Shown here in pieces: positions 63,594-64,000 of a stretch of DNA of 64,000 nucleotides (its first letter is position 1; the number at the start of each line of letters is the position of its first letter). Origin of the DNA: Eubacteriales bacterium. GTDB lineage: Bacteria; Bacillota; Clostridia; Oscillospirales; Oscillospiraceae. Location of the stretch: the NCBI GenBank assembly GCA_030529655.1, contig JAUMWJ010000001.1:1465-65464 (forward strand), read 5' to 3'. The position numbers and the translations under genes are program-made. The notes beneath the pieces are model-generated. The model saw only the letters and a list, made by a program, of their open reading frames with translations, was not told the DNA's origin and searched no databases.

Positions 63594-64000
63594 ATGCAAA
63601 CGCTATGGCCGATTCTGGTGGTGATTGCTGCCAATACCGTTTACAATATCTGCGCCAAGCAGACACCGGAGGGACTGAACGCCTTTGCCTCTTTGAGCGT
63701 GACCTATTTTGTGGCAATGGTCATTTCATTGGGGCTGTTTTTTGTTACGGCGACGGACAAGAACATCGGCCATGAGCTGACCAAAATAAGCTGGACATCC
63801 TTTTTGTTCGGACTCAGTGTGATAGGGCTGGAATTTGGCTATTTGAACATTTACCGTGTGGGCTGGAAGGTCAGCGTGGCATCTCTGGTGGCCAACATCG
63901 CTTTGGCAGTCATTTTGCTGCTGGTGGGATTGCTTCTTTACCGAGAGACAATTTCCCTGCGGCAAGTTATCGGTATGGCTGTGTGCGTGGTGGGTCTTGT
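63594..64000 (+). CDS. EamA/DMT-like membrane protein, 3' end outside window
   Basis: GGGAGG RBS. Open frame to the window edge. Hydrophobic repeats (not in the ORF track because no stop codon is reached). Confidence 0.6.
   Translation, partial: MQTLWPILVVIAANTVYNICAKQTPEGLNAFASLSVTYFVAMVISLGLFFVTATDKNIGHELTKISWTSFLFGLSVIGLEFGYLNIYRVGWKVSVASLVANIALAVILLLVGLLLYRETISLRQVIGMAVCVVGL

Overview
This 64-kb segment is ordinary chromosome from a moderately GC-rich, spore-forming Clostridia-type Firmicute. The guess of Oscillospiraceae/Ruminococcaceae-like is inference from gene content and codon style only. I see no mobile elements, CRISPR arrays, rRNA or recognisable defence genes.

Most of the window is core housekeeping:
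- PFOR 3' end, a MurT/GatD-like pair, mnmG and an NhaC antiporter.
- A racemase / aminopeptidase P / NTPase group.
- A c-di-AMP riboswitch followed by kup, and a Met-Glu-Val tRNA operon.
- A two-component system translationally coupled to a D-aminoacylase, an M20 hydrolase and an IMPase.
- A CBS-type pyrophosphatase, a NitT/TauT-type ABC importer and alr.
- The Bacillus-like yabM/N/O/P/Q-divIC-yabR block with hup and hpf.
- hemZ-MBL-dtd-relA-recJ and rnfCDGEAB.
- A THF riboswitch followed by folT, and CIRCE followed by hrcA-grpE-dnaK-dnaJ.
- rpiB, and an M-box followed by mgtE.

I found no clear-cut novel system. The most unusual content is:
1. A terminator-bracketed two-gene operon (29.6-33.5 kb) pairing a secreted lysozyme-like/ricin-like/dockerin protein with a membrane-anchored cohesin-like protein.
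2. A GatD-like subunit that appears to lack the glutaminase Cys/His.
3. An orphan structured, terminator-ended non-coding unit next to hpf.
4. An E2/CAT-fold acyltransferase-like protein whose DHRxxDG motif is changed to DERICTG.

Limits: all homology calls come from motif recognition by eye and from memory of the families. Small-element coordinates may be off by a few nt. Nothing was computed or searched.
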